IMG/VR virus record: IMGVR_UViG_3300031787_007614
Span: 1 to 64,000 of that record
Reading direction: 5' to 3' (one strand)
Length of the DNA: 64,000 bases
Both the position numbers and the translations under genes were made by a program. Below the pieces are notes generated by a model. It was not told where the DNA came from. It did not search any database and saw only the letters and a program-made list of their open reading frames with translations. This document shows, piece after piece, positions 5,774 through 15,260 of the stretch (its first letter is position 1; every line of letters begins with the position of its first letter).

Positions 5774-6564
5774 TTTTGCATCATCAGCGCATTGAAGTTT
5801 GCAGGAACAACAATTGTTTGCACACGACCGTTCTTGATACCTTCTGAGATATTCATCATAGCCTGCGCTTGCATGTAAGCAATTGACTGAGCACCTTGAT
5901 TACTCAATGCTTGCATACGTTCTGCTTCCATCTTAGCAGTCTTAACTTCAACTTCTTTTTGTTTCAATTCATTCTTGGCACGAACCAACTCATTTGCACT
6001 CGCAACCACAGAATCTGCAGGTACAATATTCCGAATCAACACTTGACCAACAACCAAACTACCATCAAGTTTTTCATCAGCCAAACTCTTTTGAATTTGT
6101 TCTTTAATTGCTTGTTCCATCACTTGGCGATTATCAGCCATGTCTAGTGCCTCGTACTTTCGGGCTTCTTTGTAGATGGCATTACGAGTGGTTTGAACCA
6201 TATAGTTGTACATCAAGTAGATGTCGCCGTTGTGCCGAGCATGGAATGCTTGACTCTTTTGGCTATACAACTCGGCTACCTGTGCTTGATTGATGTTATA
6301 GATAACCACTGCATCAAAGTCTTTCATTGTTGAGTTATCTTTAGCAACAGGTGTCATGTCCTCCAGTTTGACATTAACGTCCTTGATTGGGAATGTAAGA
6401 ACATCACCCCAAAAGGTTTGATTAAACGAGCCAGGCATTAATTCACCTTGCTGGACTTGTTTATCAAAGCCAACACGTACACCAACTTCACCTGTTTCGA
6501 TACGAGTACAACCTGTTGCCAGCACAGCCGCGGCAAGAACGGAGAGAGTCAAAATACGTTTCAT
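5770..6564 (-). CDS. SPFH/band-7 (prohibitin-like) lipoprotein
   Basis: Lipobox LATGC, IETGEVGV, C-terminal coiled coil. Confidence 0.88.
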   Translation of the reverse strand: MKRILTLSVLAAAVLATGCTRIETGEVGVRVGFDKQVQQGELMPGSFNQTFWGDVLTFPIKDVNVKLEDMTPVAKDNSTMKDFDAVVIYNINQAQVAELYSQKSQAFHARHNGDIYLMYNYMVQTTRNAIYKEARKYEALDMADNRQVMEQAIKEQIQKSLADEKLDGSLVVGQVLIRNIVPADSVVASANELVRAKNELKQKEVEVKTAKMEAERMQALSNQGAQSIAYMQAQAMMNISEGIKNGRVQTIVVPANFNALMMQK

Positions 6565-6573
6565 TTTATTTCC

Positions 6574-6762
6574 TTAAAAAAGTACCACAAGGGCAAGTAG
6601 ACTACCAAAAGTAAGTATAGCACAAAATGCACTGTAAGTCAAGAGTTTTACCAAACTCCACGATTCTTTTCCGGACATGTTCCGTAGGTACTGAATGCCG
6701 AAAAAGAACATGCCAAACACAACAACAAAAGCCAATAGGATTCTAATCATCACACTCTCCAA
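6574..6762 (-). CDS. Small two-TM membrane protein
   Basis: Two hydrophobic segments. Confidence 0.65.
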   Translation of the reverse strand: MESVMIRILLAFVVVFGMFFFGIQYLRNMSGKESWSLVKLLTYSAFCAILTFGSLLALVVLF

Positions 6763-7223
6763 ATTTCTTCAAAACCTTCCGACAAGTCTGGCTCTTCCCA
6801 GTCCCGAATCATGCGAGCAATCACCTCAGATGGGATTGTTTTGCCCGGACGGCCGGCCAATCGTCTAGCCAATTCTTCAGGCTCGGGCGTTCGAAATACC
6901 ACAGCAATGGCCGAGTATTCCGGCAACATGCGAAACTTTTTGGCCCGGCTTGCCCGTGTGGTGCTGGTCTGATCCCAGATGATGTCGTTGTTGTTAGCCT
7001 GTGCAGTCAACGCATGGTTGGTCATCAGGCGAACAGCAATAGGCATGTATTCTTCAAACACTTCTGAATAGGTCTTGCCTTGGCTCCGGGCATAATCTTC
7101 CACCCAGGGGTCTGTGCTGACCACACTCAAGCCCAAGGCCCAGACCTGGTCTTTGATCCAGGTGCTTTTGCCTGATCCTGGCACTCCTACCAACATGTAC
7201 AATTTAGGCACTTTCAACTCCAA
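6750..7223 (-). CDS. P-loop kinase (AAA_33/PNK kinase-like)
   Basis: GVPGSGKST, IIWDQT. Confidence 0.85.
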   Translation of the reverse strand: MELKVPKLYMLVGVPGSGKSTWIKDQVWALGLSVVSTDPWVEDYARSQGKTYSEVFEEYMPIAVRLMTNHALTAQANNNDIIWDQTSTTRASRAKKFRMLPEYSAIAVVFRTPEPEELARRLAGRPGKTIPSEVIARMIRDWEEPDLSEGFEEIWRV

Positions 7224-7431
7224 AATGTTCTTTGATATTCTTTGCAGAAAAGGTCAACGCTCTATCCCATTGATTATTACCGTGCCCGTTACCAATGCTT
7301 GCTTGTTCAATACATTCTCTCACAATCAACTCGGCGAATTTTTTACACTCTGGCATATCCCAGTGTCCAATGCCAAACATATCTTTTTCGTAGCCAGCCT
7401 GTTCAGCAAGTTGTCGAATTCGTTCGTTCAT
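7204..7431 (-). CDS. Small phage protein, MNERI...KFAELIVREC family
   Basis: Paralog of 7798-8091. Confidence 0.75.
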   Translation of the reverse strand: MNERIRQLAEQAGYEKDMFGIGHWDMPECKKFAELIVRECIEQASIGNGHGNNQWDRALTFSAKNIKEHFGVESA

Positions 7432-7637
7432 ATCATACCCTCAAACAATTTTTTAACCGATATCGCCTGACCTGTAGTATAAACAATATCAAAACTATCA
7501 TTCTCAATGTGATACCGATTGCGGTTGCAATTTACATACTCACCCTTGTCATCAGTATACACTTGTCGCATCTGTGTATAGGTTTTATCCACAGCACCAT
7601 CAAAGATAACCCGTGTAGTGATTTTACGCTTGTTCAT
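7428..7637 (-). CDS. Hypothetical protein
   Basis: ATGA-coupled in the gene string. Confidence 0.65.
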   Translation of the reverse strand: MNKRKITTRVIFDGAVDKTYTQMRQVYTDDKGEYVNCNRNRYHIENDSFDIVYTTGQAISVKKLFEGMI

Positions 7638-7801
7638 TCTTCAACCTCTGTTTCAAAAGTAGAAATTTCTTGATCTTCTGTCAGATCCAGACTTTCTAGT
7701 GCGTATTCTAAATTGTTCCTGGATGCAAACACACGGACACTCACATCGGGCACTTCACTGTCTTTGTCAAATGTTTGAACAGCATAGCCGTAGACTTTCA
7801 T
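7634..7801 (-). CDS. Hypothetical acidic protein, 55 aa
   Basis: MKVYGYAVQTFDKD...EVEE*; ATGA-coupled at both ends. Confidence 0.6.
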   Translation of the reverse strand: MKVYGYAVQTFDKDSEVPDVSVRVFASRNNLEYALESLDLTEDQEISTFETEVEE

Positions 7802-8091
7802 TCTTCAACTCCAAATTTCTTTTTCGCTAATTCTTGTTCGCATTGAGCAATGGAGGCGTCAAGCATAGCAGTTGTGATTTCTTTGGGATTCATTCCAAAA
7901 TGCAATTTAATCAAATCTACTCCCTGACCGCGACTGATCATGTCACGCAACATGGGATTCAATGCTATGCAACATTCCCGCACAATCAACTCGGCGAACT
8001 TTTCAATTTCGTCATCTAACAATGAAACAGCATGGTCATTGCTGTATACTGCGCCAGCCTCAACCGCAAGTAGTTTAATTTGTTCGTTCAT
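7798..8091 (-). CDS. Small phage protein, MNEQI...KFAELIVREC family
   Basis: Paralog of 7204-7431. Confidence 0.75.
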   Translation of the reverse strand: MNEQIKLLAVEAGAVYSNDHAVSLLDDEIEKFAELIVRECCIALNPMLRDMISRGQGVDLIKLHFGMNPKEITTAMLDASIAQCEQELAKKKFGVEE

Positions 8092-8298
8092 TTTACATCC
8101 TTATATAACCATCGGCGGAATCTTGTTGATACTGTTGTTAGCACATTTATGCCAATAATAACAACGACTGCAATAACAATAACAATTTCAATCATTCTTT
8201 AACTCCAAAATGTTTTTTACATTTGTGAAATGGCATAATACGACCAAGCCATCCAATCAGTTCACCGCAATTTTGGCAACAGTATGATGGGTATTTCT

Positions 8299-8577
8299 TC
8301 ATTTCAAATCGCCACGCAGGGTGTGCCACATTTTGGGATCGGTGCCCAAGTAGATGCGATACTTTTGATAATTGCGCCACTGGCTCAGTCGGTTCACACC
8401 ACGCTCGACCCAGTCAAACATGGCACTGCGGAACCACAAGGGATTCACAATGGCCACAATCAGTGCTGCCGCCACAGGCACAATCAGCACAGCCACAACC
8501 ACCCAATGAAATGTCATGGCACGGTAGTAACGGCCACCACCAGGCACCAGTTCAATTTCTTTACTCATATTTGCCAT
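8299..8577 (-). CDS. Hypothetical membrane protein
   Basis: One long hydrophobic segment. Confidence 0.65.
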   Translation of the reverse strand: MANMSKEIELVPGGGRYYRAMTFHWVVVAVLIVPVAAALIVAIVNPLWFRSAMFDWVERGVNRLSQWRNYQKYRIYLGTDPKMWHTLRGDLK

Positions 8578-8978
8578 TCCTTTTTTGTTTTGCGTTTGAA
8601 AGTTGTTGGGTCAATCACTGCCGACAGGGCTTGCGTGACATCTTCCGCAGTGTCTGGGTCAGTGCTCTTTTTGAGTCCTAGTGCAACCTTTTCTTCTGCT
8701 GTGAGTTTACGCAGGGCCGCACGCCGCAGGCGCAGACGCTCTTGTTTGCGTTCTTCCTTTTCGCGGGCCTTGCGGTCTGCTTCTTTGTGTTTAGCCCACC
8801 ATTCACGCACCTCGTCATCACGGAGCAACAACAGATCTTCAATCTTGTTGTTTTCCAGTTCAGTCATGGCCTTGCAGGCAATGCGAGCCAGCATGTCAGC
8901 ACGGTCTTTGAGATCGCGATACTGCCAACTGTCAGTGGGGCTGGAATAACTGTCTGATGCATAATCTCTACAGGGCAT
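8565..8978 (-). CDS. Hypothetical protein (MPCRD family)
   Basis: RBS GGAG; WW..H..AD and ALRKLT.EE motifs. Confidence 0.7.
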   Translation of the reverse strand: MPCRDYASDSYSSPTDSWQYRDLKDRADMLARIACKAMTELENNKIEDLLLLRDDEVREWWAKHKEADRKAREKEERKQERLRLRRAALRKLTAEEKVALGLKKSTDPDTAEDVTQALSAVIDPTTFKRKTKKEWQI

Positions 8979-8979
8979 G

Positions 8980-9372
8980 TTACTCTCCTTGTGTCTGCAG
9001 GGCTTTCAAAAACTCCACACATGCGGCCTCGGTGCGCTTGGTCACTACCACCCGGCCACCCCAGAAGCCCACATACAGACTGCGGTGCTCCACAAACTTC
9101 ACTTCACCGTCAGCACCAGTATGCTTTTGACGAGCCGCTGGCTTTGCAGGCACTGCCTTTTTTGCAGGTGCTTTAGGCACTGCGGCCACCACAGGCTTTG
9201 CTGTCACTGCCTTTGCAGGTGCAGGCACTGCAAGCGGACGATGCTCAAAGCCATGTTTCTTATCATACTTGGCAATGGCTTTTTCATCCATGCCCCATGT
9301 GGCCAGTAGTCGGCGAACTTCAGTGCCGGGCAGTTGATTCCAGTGTATGATAGGGTCAGTCCAGTTGGTCAT
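8980..9372 (-). CDS. Hypothetical protein with AKP-rich linker
   Basis: RBS AAGGAG. Confidence 0.7.
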   Translation of the reverse strand: MTNWTDPIIHWNQLPGTEVRRLLATWGMDEKAIAKYDKKHGFEHRPLAVPAPAKAVTAKPVVAAVPKAPAKKAVPAKPAARQKHTGADGEVKFVEHRSLYVGFWGGRVVVTKRTEAACVEFLKALQTQGE

Positions 9373-9382
9373 GTTGGGCTCC

Positions 9383-9583
9383 TTAATAAGATTGATGTGA
9401 ATGTCCGATACGATACACGGGTGCGCCTGGCGTCAAATCATTTTCCGGAGTATACACTTCCGGCAACATGATATCCGCAAACTCACCGTAGGAGTAATAA
9501 CCAGACTCGGTCACTACCAAGCGAGCATCAGCGGGCAGGGCACGGAGTGCCTCAATCATTTGTGCTACAGTTATAGTGGTCAT
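9383..9583 (-). CDS. Hypothetical early protein
   Basis: Start MTTITV after AAGGAG and an early promoter. Confidence 0.7.
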   Translation of the reverse strand: MTTITVAQMIEALRALPADARLVVTESGYYSYGEFADIMLPEVYTPENDLTPGAPVYRIGHSHQSY

Positions 9584-9602
9584 CTCAAGCTCCTTAGTGT
9601 CT

Positions 9603-9640
9603 ATGTGTGTATTATAGCAAATTGGGAATTTTTGGTCAAC
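9603..9640 (-). promoter_or_regulatory. Early sigma70 promoter (repeat 1)
   Basis: TTGACC-17-TATAAT, TG extension, followed by ACACACAT. Confidence 0.85.
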
Positions 9641-9836
9641 CGTGCAGAGCAGTCCAGGTTTCCCAGGGCTGATCGCGAATGTATTGTATTGCCTTAACAC
9701 CACCTTTAACCCTGCAGGCATACTGCATGGCTGTGGCAAATTTGCCACGCTGACGATGTGTTTTGCGAGCTAATCCTACCGGATTGAGCTTCCATTTCCA
9801 CAGCGAGTCATATTTGCCGCGAATCATCTTGTGCAT
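9636..9836 (-). CDS. Hypothetical basic protein
   Basis: RBS GAGGAG after a promoter. Confidence 0.55.
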   Translation of the reverse strand: MHKMIRGKYDSLWKWKLNPVGLARKTHRQRGKFATAMQYACRVKGGVKAIQYIRDQPWETWTALHG

Positions 9837-9855
9837 GGTGGCTCCTCTGTTGTCT

Positions 9856-9893
9856 ATGTGTGTATTATAGCAAAACGGTGATTTGGTGTCAAC
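9856..9893 (-). promoter_or_regulatory. Early sigma70 promoter (repeat 2)
   Basis: TTGACA-17-TATAAT, TG extension, followed by ACACACAT. Confidence 0.85.
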
Positions 9894-10218
9894 CGTTTTG
9901 CTTCACGCGAACGTCCGTGTTCAGCGCAGGTGCATACTTTTGTATTAACTCGCGCTCCAACTTATGTGCGGCATCTTTGCCACGCACAATGTCCACGATA
10001 GCCACGTTCATTGCTTCAGTACCGTTTGCGCGAATTGCTTCGTACAAGTTCCAGCCTTTGTCTTCTGTGCGGCTACGGTAGATGTGCTTGTTCACACGGC
10101 TACGGAGCGACATGTTGATTGTGCGCTGGGTTTTTGCGGTAATACCAATGTAGTACTCAAATCCAATTTGGATCATGTACACTATGTGGCTGCGATCAGT
10201 ACGTTTCTTTCTCATCAT
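9889..10218 (-). CDS. Small GIY-YIG-like nuclease domain protein
   Basis: VYMI....YYIGIT, R...H, E..LI, LN motifs; probably leaderless. Confidence 0.7.
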   Translation of the reverse strand: MMRKKRTDRSHIVYMIQIGFEYYIGITAKTQRTINMSLRSRVNKHIYRSRTEDKGWNLYEAIRANGTEAMNVAIVDIVRGKDAAHKLERELIQKYAPALNTDVRVKQNG

Positions 10219-10254
10219 GTGTGTATTATAGCATTTTGGGCATTTTTGGTCAAC
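10218..10254 (-). promoter_or_regulatory. Early sigma70 promoter (repeat 3)
   Basis: TTGACC-17-TATAAT, TG extension, followed by ACACACAT. Confidence 0.85.
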
Positions 10255-10263
10255 CGAAATGCC

Positions 10264-10320
10264 TGTTGCAAAAATACAACAAAAGTACTACTTTTTTTAG
10301 CCCTAAAAGTAGTACTTTTT
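10264..10320. repeat. Nested palindromes at the strand switch
   Basis: TGTTGCAAAAATACAACA, then AAAAGTACTACTTTT and AAAAGTAGTACTTTT. Confidence 0.7.
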
Positions 10321-10372
10321 TCAGCAAAAATTGAATATTTGGTCAACCAAAGTGTGGGCTATAAGTAACAGC

Positions 10373-11446
10373 ATGGACACTGATCTTTACCACGACATTT
10401 ACACTAGCGAAATTTTTGACACCAGCCAATGCATATGGCACGAAAATAATACCATGAATTTCTTTCACAGTTTGTTGATCAAACTGGGATATGAGCCTGT
10501 GCAAGATGGACACAAAACATGGCGCCGTGGAGACCGTACTGTGGTGCTGTGTCTGGTAGACGACTACATCTCTACCACATACGACTATGACACACCAGTG
10601 GCATATCGATTTGATCGCAATACCACAGTGATCACAGACAACTATGTTACCAGTCCAACCTTGTACAAGGTGTTTCAACTGCCATCCAGTTTCTTTGGCA
10701 TCTATCATTATGAACCCAAGCTGACCAATTTCAATCCCACACGCAGATTTAATTTTTCAGTCAATCGCATTGATTCCAAACGCATGTTGACCATGCTGGA
10801 AATTGCGTTGCGTTGTGAAAAGTATCCAGATGCTGAAACGTTGGACTTTATCAATTTCAACTGCTGGAGTTGGGAAGGTGACAATTCCACAGCTGAAGGA
10901 TGCAATCAAAATTTCAGAGATGCCTACGAAAAACTAGAGCCACAATACAAAGCAGTGTATGGTGACACTTTTGAACGCATTGCTCAAACCATGCCATTTA
11001 AAAATCATGACATGTCAGTTGAGCAGGCACACCTCAGTGCTTATGTGAACATGGTAATTGAAACCTACTCCAGTGACAGTTCAATTGCTCTCAGCGAGAA
11101 GATATTCCGTGCATTGGTCACTCCGGCACCCTGGCAAGTGTATGCTGGCCGCCATGCAGTGGCCTATCTGGAAAGTCTAGGATTTGACACACTCAAAGAC
11201 ATTGTCAATCACAGTTACGATGTCATGATGGAAAACAAAACTGCTGCCTATGGTGACAAACTGGTTGAATACATCTTTGCTGGCGCAGATACATTTACCA
11301 AACTCAGTGCTATGGATCGCACAGAACTGCGACATCGTTGCCTTACTGCCAGCAGACAAAATCAAAAGGTGCTCAAAGACATGAGTGCTCGTTGGCCTGC
11401 AGAGTTTGCCGCTTGGTTGCCGGCTGTTATAGACCATATCAAATAA
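10373..11446 (+). CDS. Putative glycosyltransferase, GT10-like paralog 1
   Basis: IET....LSEK..RAL...P.......L..LGF...D..NHSYD motif; TATAAGTA at 10360-10367. Confidence 0.6.
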   Translation: MDTDLYHDIYTSEIFDTSQCIWHENNTMNFFHSLLIKLGYEPVQDGHKTWRRGDRTVVLCLVDDYISTTYDYDTPVAYRFDRNTTVITDNYVTSPTLYKVFQLPSSFFGIYHYEPKLTNFNPTRRFNFSVNRIDSKRMLTMLEIALRCEKYPDAETLDFINFNCWSWEGDNSTAEGCNQNFRDAYEKLEPQYKAVYGDTFERIAQTMPFKNHDMSVEQAHLSAYVNMVIETYSSDSSIALSEKIFRALVTPAPWQVYAGRHAVAYLESLGFDTLKDIVNHSYDVMMENKTAAYGDKLVEYIFAGADTFTKLSAMDRTELRHRCLTASRQNQKVLKDMSARWPAEFAAWLPAVIDHIK

Positions 11447-11447
11447 C

Positions 11448-12989
11448 ATGTGTGGTGTTCTATACGTAAAAAGCACCACTGATATACCGCTAGAAAAGCA
11501 CAACCAAGCTCTAGAAATTTTAAAAGATCGCGGTCCAGATTTTACCTGTTACCAACATCATGGTCGTGTGTTCTGTGCGCAAACAGTTCTGCACATCACT
11601 GGCAACACACAATTTTACAATCGACAGTCAGATGATTTTTTTGCATTCAATGGCGAAATCTACAACTATCGCTGGTTTGGTTCCTACAGCAACGACACTG
11701 AGCTGATGTATCGTGCTGTAAAAGACGCACCAGTAAAAAAACTCAAATACTTTGAAGGACCGTGGGCGTGGGTGTATGCTCAAGGCGACCAAGTGATATA
11801 TGCCACTGATCCACAAGGCGAAAGATGCCTGTACAGATATCAAGACAACAACATACTGATTGTGAGTTCTGAGGTGGCAGCTATTTTGGTATACATCCGA
11901 CCAAAATTACAAGACATTGATTACACAACCAAACACTATCCAATTTGGCAAAACACGCCTTGGCAAGGAATTGAACGATGTGTGCCAGGTGTGATGTATG
12001 ATCAGTCGGGCAACACCACAGTGATTGACAGTATCTTTTCATGGGCCAAACCCAGTAGTATTCAAACATTGGACCAGGCCTGGGAAGAATATCAACCCTT
12101 GTGGGAACGGGTAATCACTGACATGCGGCCAGAAACATCTTATGCCTGCACATTCAGTGGTGGGCTTGATTCTGGCGTGGTTGCAAAAAGTCTTCCACAA
12201 AGTCAGCACTATTATACCACCAACATGCTGGGCAAAGACCCAGTGAGTGAACAATCTCAACGTATGTTGGAAGGCAGTCAACGAGACAAAATCATCAACA
12301 TTGGTGTTACAGAACAGCAATGGGCCGATGCATTTGAGCAAGTGTGTCGTCGCACACTGATGCCAGTTCAAAGCTACAGTTTTGTTGGCCAGTGGATAAT
12401 TGCTCAACACTGCAAAGAACGTGTGTTGTTTACTGGTGTAGGCGCTGATGAACTGTTTGGTGGCTATGGCGTTTACTCACAGCTTGAATACACCACACAA
12501 ACAAGTGCAAGTCCTTACAGTTCATTTGGCAATGACACTCACGCTCAACAACTGTGGCAACAATGTTTGCATGCACATCAAGGTCAAGCAGAGCCAGCCA
12601 CTCTGTTGATGGATTATATCACTCAAATTTGTGCAATAGACATGCGTGGCATTGACGTTTGTACCATGGCACATGGCATTGAACCACGCTCGCCATTTGT
12701 GCATCCTAAGATCATTCGGTTTGCACTTGGCCTTCCCATGCACCTGAGGCGCGGCAAACCTTTGATTCGTCGACAGTTTTTGGCCTCCTGGCCTGAAGAA
12801 ATGATACTTCCCAAAAAAGGATTCACTGGACATTGCAATGATTCATTGCCTTGGATGAAATTCACTGTGCCAGATCAGGCTCGGGCACCACAGTGGAAGC
12901 AAATTGTCAAAACTGGATTTAGATATTATGCCAATCAATATCTTGATCAAACCACTCAGGACTTATCCGCACATGCGGATGTTGCTTGA
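11448..12989 (+). CDS. asnB: Asparagine synthetase-like glutamine amidotransferase
   Basis: MCG N-terminus, RGPD, NGEIYN, SGGLDS, G.GADELFGGY, E.RSPF. Confidence 0.9.
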   Translation: MCGVLYVKSTTDIPLEKHNQALEILKDRGPDFTCYQHHGRVFCAQTVLHITGNTQFYNRQSDDFFAFNGEIYNYRWFGSYSNDTELMYRAVKDAPVKKLKYFEGPWAWVYAQGDQVIYATDPQGERCLYRYQDNNILIVSSEVAAILVYIRPKLQDIDYTTKHYPIWQNTPWQGIERCVPGVMYDQSGNTTVIDSIFSWAKPSSIQTLDQAWEEYQPLWERVITDMRPETSYACTFSGGLDSGVVAKSLPQSQHYYTTNMLGKDPVSEQSQRMLEGSQRDKIINIGVTEQQWADAFEQVCRRTLMPVQSYSFVGQWIIAQHCKERVLFTGVGADELFGGYGVYSQLEYTTQTSASPYSSFGNDTHAQQLWQQCLHAHQGQAEPATLLMDYITQICAIDMRGIDVCTMAHGIEPRSPFVHPKIIRFALGLPMHLRRGKPLIRRQFLASWPEEMILPKKGFTGHCNDSLPWMKFTVPDQARAPQWKQIVKTGFRYYANQYLDQTTQDLSAHADVA

Positions 12990-13611
12990 AATATTTTTCA
13001 ACCCAATCCAAGCATTGTGATTCGCTAGGAGTCACTGACCTAGTGCGAGAACTGTTGAATTCATACCAGTACAACCCGTATGGTGCCTGAGAATCTGTAA
13101 ATCTAAAAGTAAACAACTGTCCGGGATCTGCTCCGCACAGTTTGGCAAATCTATCAAAAGTTGTGATTGGTTCAAAGTCTGAATACAAGTGTGCTCGACT
13201 GTGATGTGTGGTAATAAATCCTGGCACAGTTTGTATTTCGGGCAATCGTTCTAGACATCGCAATCGTGAATCTCCATTGCCAGCAAGATATGTGCCATCA
13301 CCCTGATCTAACACCAAAAATGGTTTTATAATGCCCTGTGCTCGTATGTCTCGTATCCACATGTTGAGCTTGACAAGATTGGCAATGTCATAGTGATTGC
13401 GCGGCTCAGCTAGAAACCCTGCTGGCCCATCATGATCTAGCCACTGATTGGCCCATTCGCAAAGATCATTCAGTCGTTGGTTGGTTGAAAAGTGTCGAAA
13501 TTCGCAACTGGGATTCCAGAACAAGCAATGCATGCCTTGATTTGAACTGATCTGAATGGGATCTTGTTTGCTGGGCCAGTGAAATTCCACAAGAGGATTA
13601 TTCCAATACAT
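12919..13611 (-). CDS. Hypothetical protein with ParB/Srx-like motif
   Basis: I..QGIIKPFLV.....Y...NGDSRL. Confidence 0.55.
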   Translation of the reverse strand: MYWNNPLVEFHWPSKQDPIQISSNQGMHCLFWNPSCEFRHFSTNQRLNDLCEWANQWLDHDGPAGFLAEPRNHYDIANLVKLNMWIRDIRAQGIIKPFLVLDQGDGTYLAGNGDSRLRCLERLPEIQTVPGFITTHHSRAHLYSDFEPITTFDRFAKLCGADPGQLFTFRFTDSQAPYGLYWYEFNSSRTRSVTPSESQCLDWVEKYFKQHPHVRISPEWFDQDIDWHNI

Positions 13612-13633
13612 AGATCTACTTAGTAAATAGGTC

Positions 13634-14593
13634 ATGGACTATACATCTTTGTTTGCCAACACACTCTCTGGCTTGGGGTTTGATCTGCATGCAGTTTACA
13701 ACTGCTTTGATCCGCCATATCGTCCAGAAACTGGTTGGCCGTTAAAGTTGCCCAACATTGAATTCAAACACAACACACTGCTGTTGTTGCATTTTCAAGA
13801 TTTCATAACACCATGTCAGGGTCGCATACTTGAACTGGAACAAGTAGAACGCCACTATGGCGCCAATGCACATCGTGTGCTGGTAACTTATTGGAGTCAT
13901 AATTTACAAAAATACTATCAAGGACCAGTGAACCTTATCGAATTCAGCAATCACAACATGGCCACTGTGACTGCTATCCAAGCTCGTGAGTCACAATGGA
14001 CCAATTCAATAAATGCAAAAACTTCAGCATGGCAATGCCTCAATGGTCGCATGTGCTTGCATCGTCGACGTGCTGTGGACATCTTGCAACATTGGCCTAA
14101 TGGTGTGTTAAGTTACGGCAACGACATTCCACTTGATGCTTGGGCTTATGACACCTATCGCGGCACAGAAAACGAAGATAACTTCATGCGACTGTTGCCG
14201 GTATATGCAAAATGTCAAGTGAACATTGTGACTGAAACACAGTATGATGAGCCGCCAGGCATTGTGAGCGAAAAAACATTGATGGCGATGATTGCACAGC
14301 AGGTACCCATTGTGATTGGTCACCAAGGTATTGTGCAAGACTGTAGAGAGCTTGGGTTTGACATGTTTGACGACCTGGTGGACACCAGCTATGATAGCAT
14401 GTCCAATGACGTTCGAGTCGAACAAGCCATAATGAAAAATCAAGATCTCATACTGGGAAAAATTAACCTTGCGCCATACCAAGAGCGACTGCAAAAACAA
14501 AGAAGTTTTTTGCTTGATGAATTTATAACTGGCACACAACAACGGTACATTCAAGACGTTGAACAGTTGGCTAAAAAACTAAGTGCGATTTAA
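13634..14593 (+). CDS. Putative glycosyltransferase, GT10-like paralog 2
   Basis: NIVTET....VSEKT...P......LGFDMFDD..D.SYD. Confidence 0.6.
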   Translation: MDYTSLFANTLSGLGFDLHAVYNCFDPPYRPETGWPLKLPNIEFKHNTLLLLHFQDFITPCQGRILELEQVERHYGANAHRVLVTYWSHNLQKYYQGPVNLIEFSNHNMATVTAIQARESQWTNSINAKTSAWQCLNGRMCLHRRRAVDILQHWPNGVLSYGNDIPLDAWAYDTYRGTENEDNFMRLLPVYAKCQVNIVTETQYDEPPGIVSEKTLMAMIAQQVPIVIGHQGIVQDCRELGFDMFDDLVDTSYDSMSNDVRVEQAIMKNQDLILGKINLAPYQERLQKQRSFLLDEFITGTQQRYIQDVEQLAKKLSAI

Positions 14594-14944
14594 AAACTTC
14601 AACCACTTTTCTAGATCGCCGTACATGGCCAACATCACTGCCTGCTGACTGCCAAACAAAACAATTTGCGGATGCTTGCCAATTTTAATGTAGTAAGGGC
14701 AATCTAACTTTTTATCCAAGGTCAGTAAATGTTTGGGTTTAGCAACCAAGTCAGAAGGAGCATCAAATGCGTATGTTTCTAAGTCACAAGTACCAATTGC
14801 TGTATATCCAGCATTGGTCAGTCTGAATCCGCCGCCATCTCTAAAGTTCATCCACCATGACTTGCAGGCTTCGTCGTAGGTCAGTTGGTCTTCCGACGGA
14901 AGACCTGTCAGTATGCGTTCGGTAATCTGTTGTTTAGTTAACAT
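14579..14944 (-). CDS. Hypothetical protein
   Basis: GG.RLT..G and PYYI motifs. Confidence 0.7.
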   Translation of the reverse strand: MLTKQQITERILTGLPSEDQLTYDEACKSWWMNFRDGGGFRLTNAGYTAIGTCDLETYAFDAPSDLVAKPKHLLTLDKKLDCPYYIKIGKHPQIVLFGSQQAVMLAMYGDLEKWLKFLNRT

Positions 14945-15230
14945 TGGGGTACACTTGTTCCCCTTGTGTTAACAGCATGACTGTGAATTTGTCAGTCTTG
15001 AACTGTGCATTTAATTTTTTTGCCAAATTTTTAGCATGCCCTGGATTTGAGAAACTGACTTTTTTGTACTTGGGTCCGGGGTATTGCGTAAGCATGTTAC
15101 CAGTCTTGAGATTGATTGGCTTTTGATCGTAAAAGACCGCCCACACACCTTCAGAGGCCAATACTTGTTCGGTCTTATAGGTTTGTTTCTCAGTGTGCTC
15201 AATTAGAACTAGCGGTTTGGGTCTACTCAT
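14934..15230 (-). CDS. Hypothetical protein
   Basis: MSRPKP start after GGAG; ATAAATA upstream. Confidence 0.75.
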   Translation of the reverse strand: MSRPKPLVLIEHTEKQTYKTEQVLASEGVWAVFYDQKPINLKTGNMLTQYPGPKYKKVSFSNPGHAKNLAKKLNAQFKTDKFTVMLLTQGEQVYPNVN

Positions 15231-15260
15231 ATTTTCTCCCAAGTTTATTTATCTAATAAA

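Noticed and set aside
11448-12989. QueC / Gat-QueC
   Set aside because: Has SGGLDS but AsnB motifs (GADELFGGY, E.R.PF) and no QueC Cys/Zn motif.
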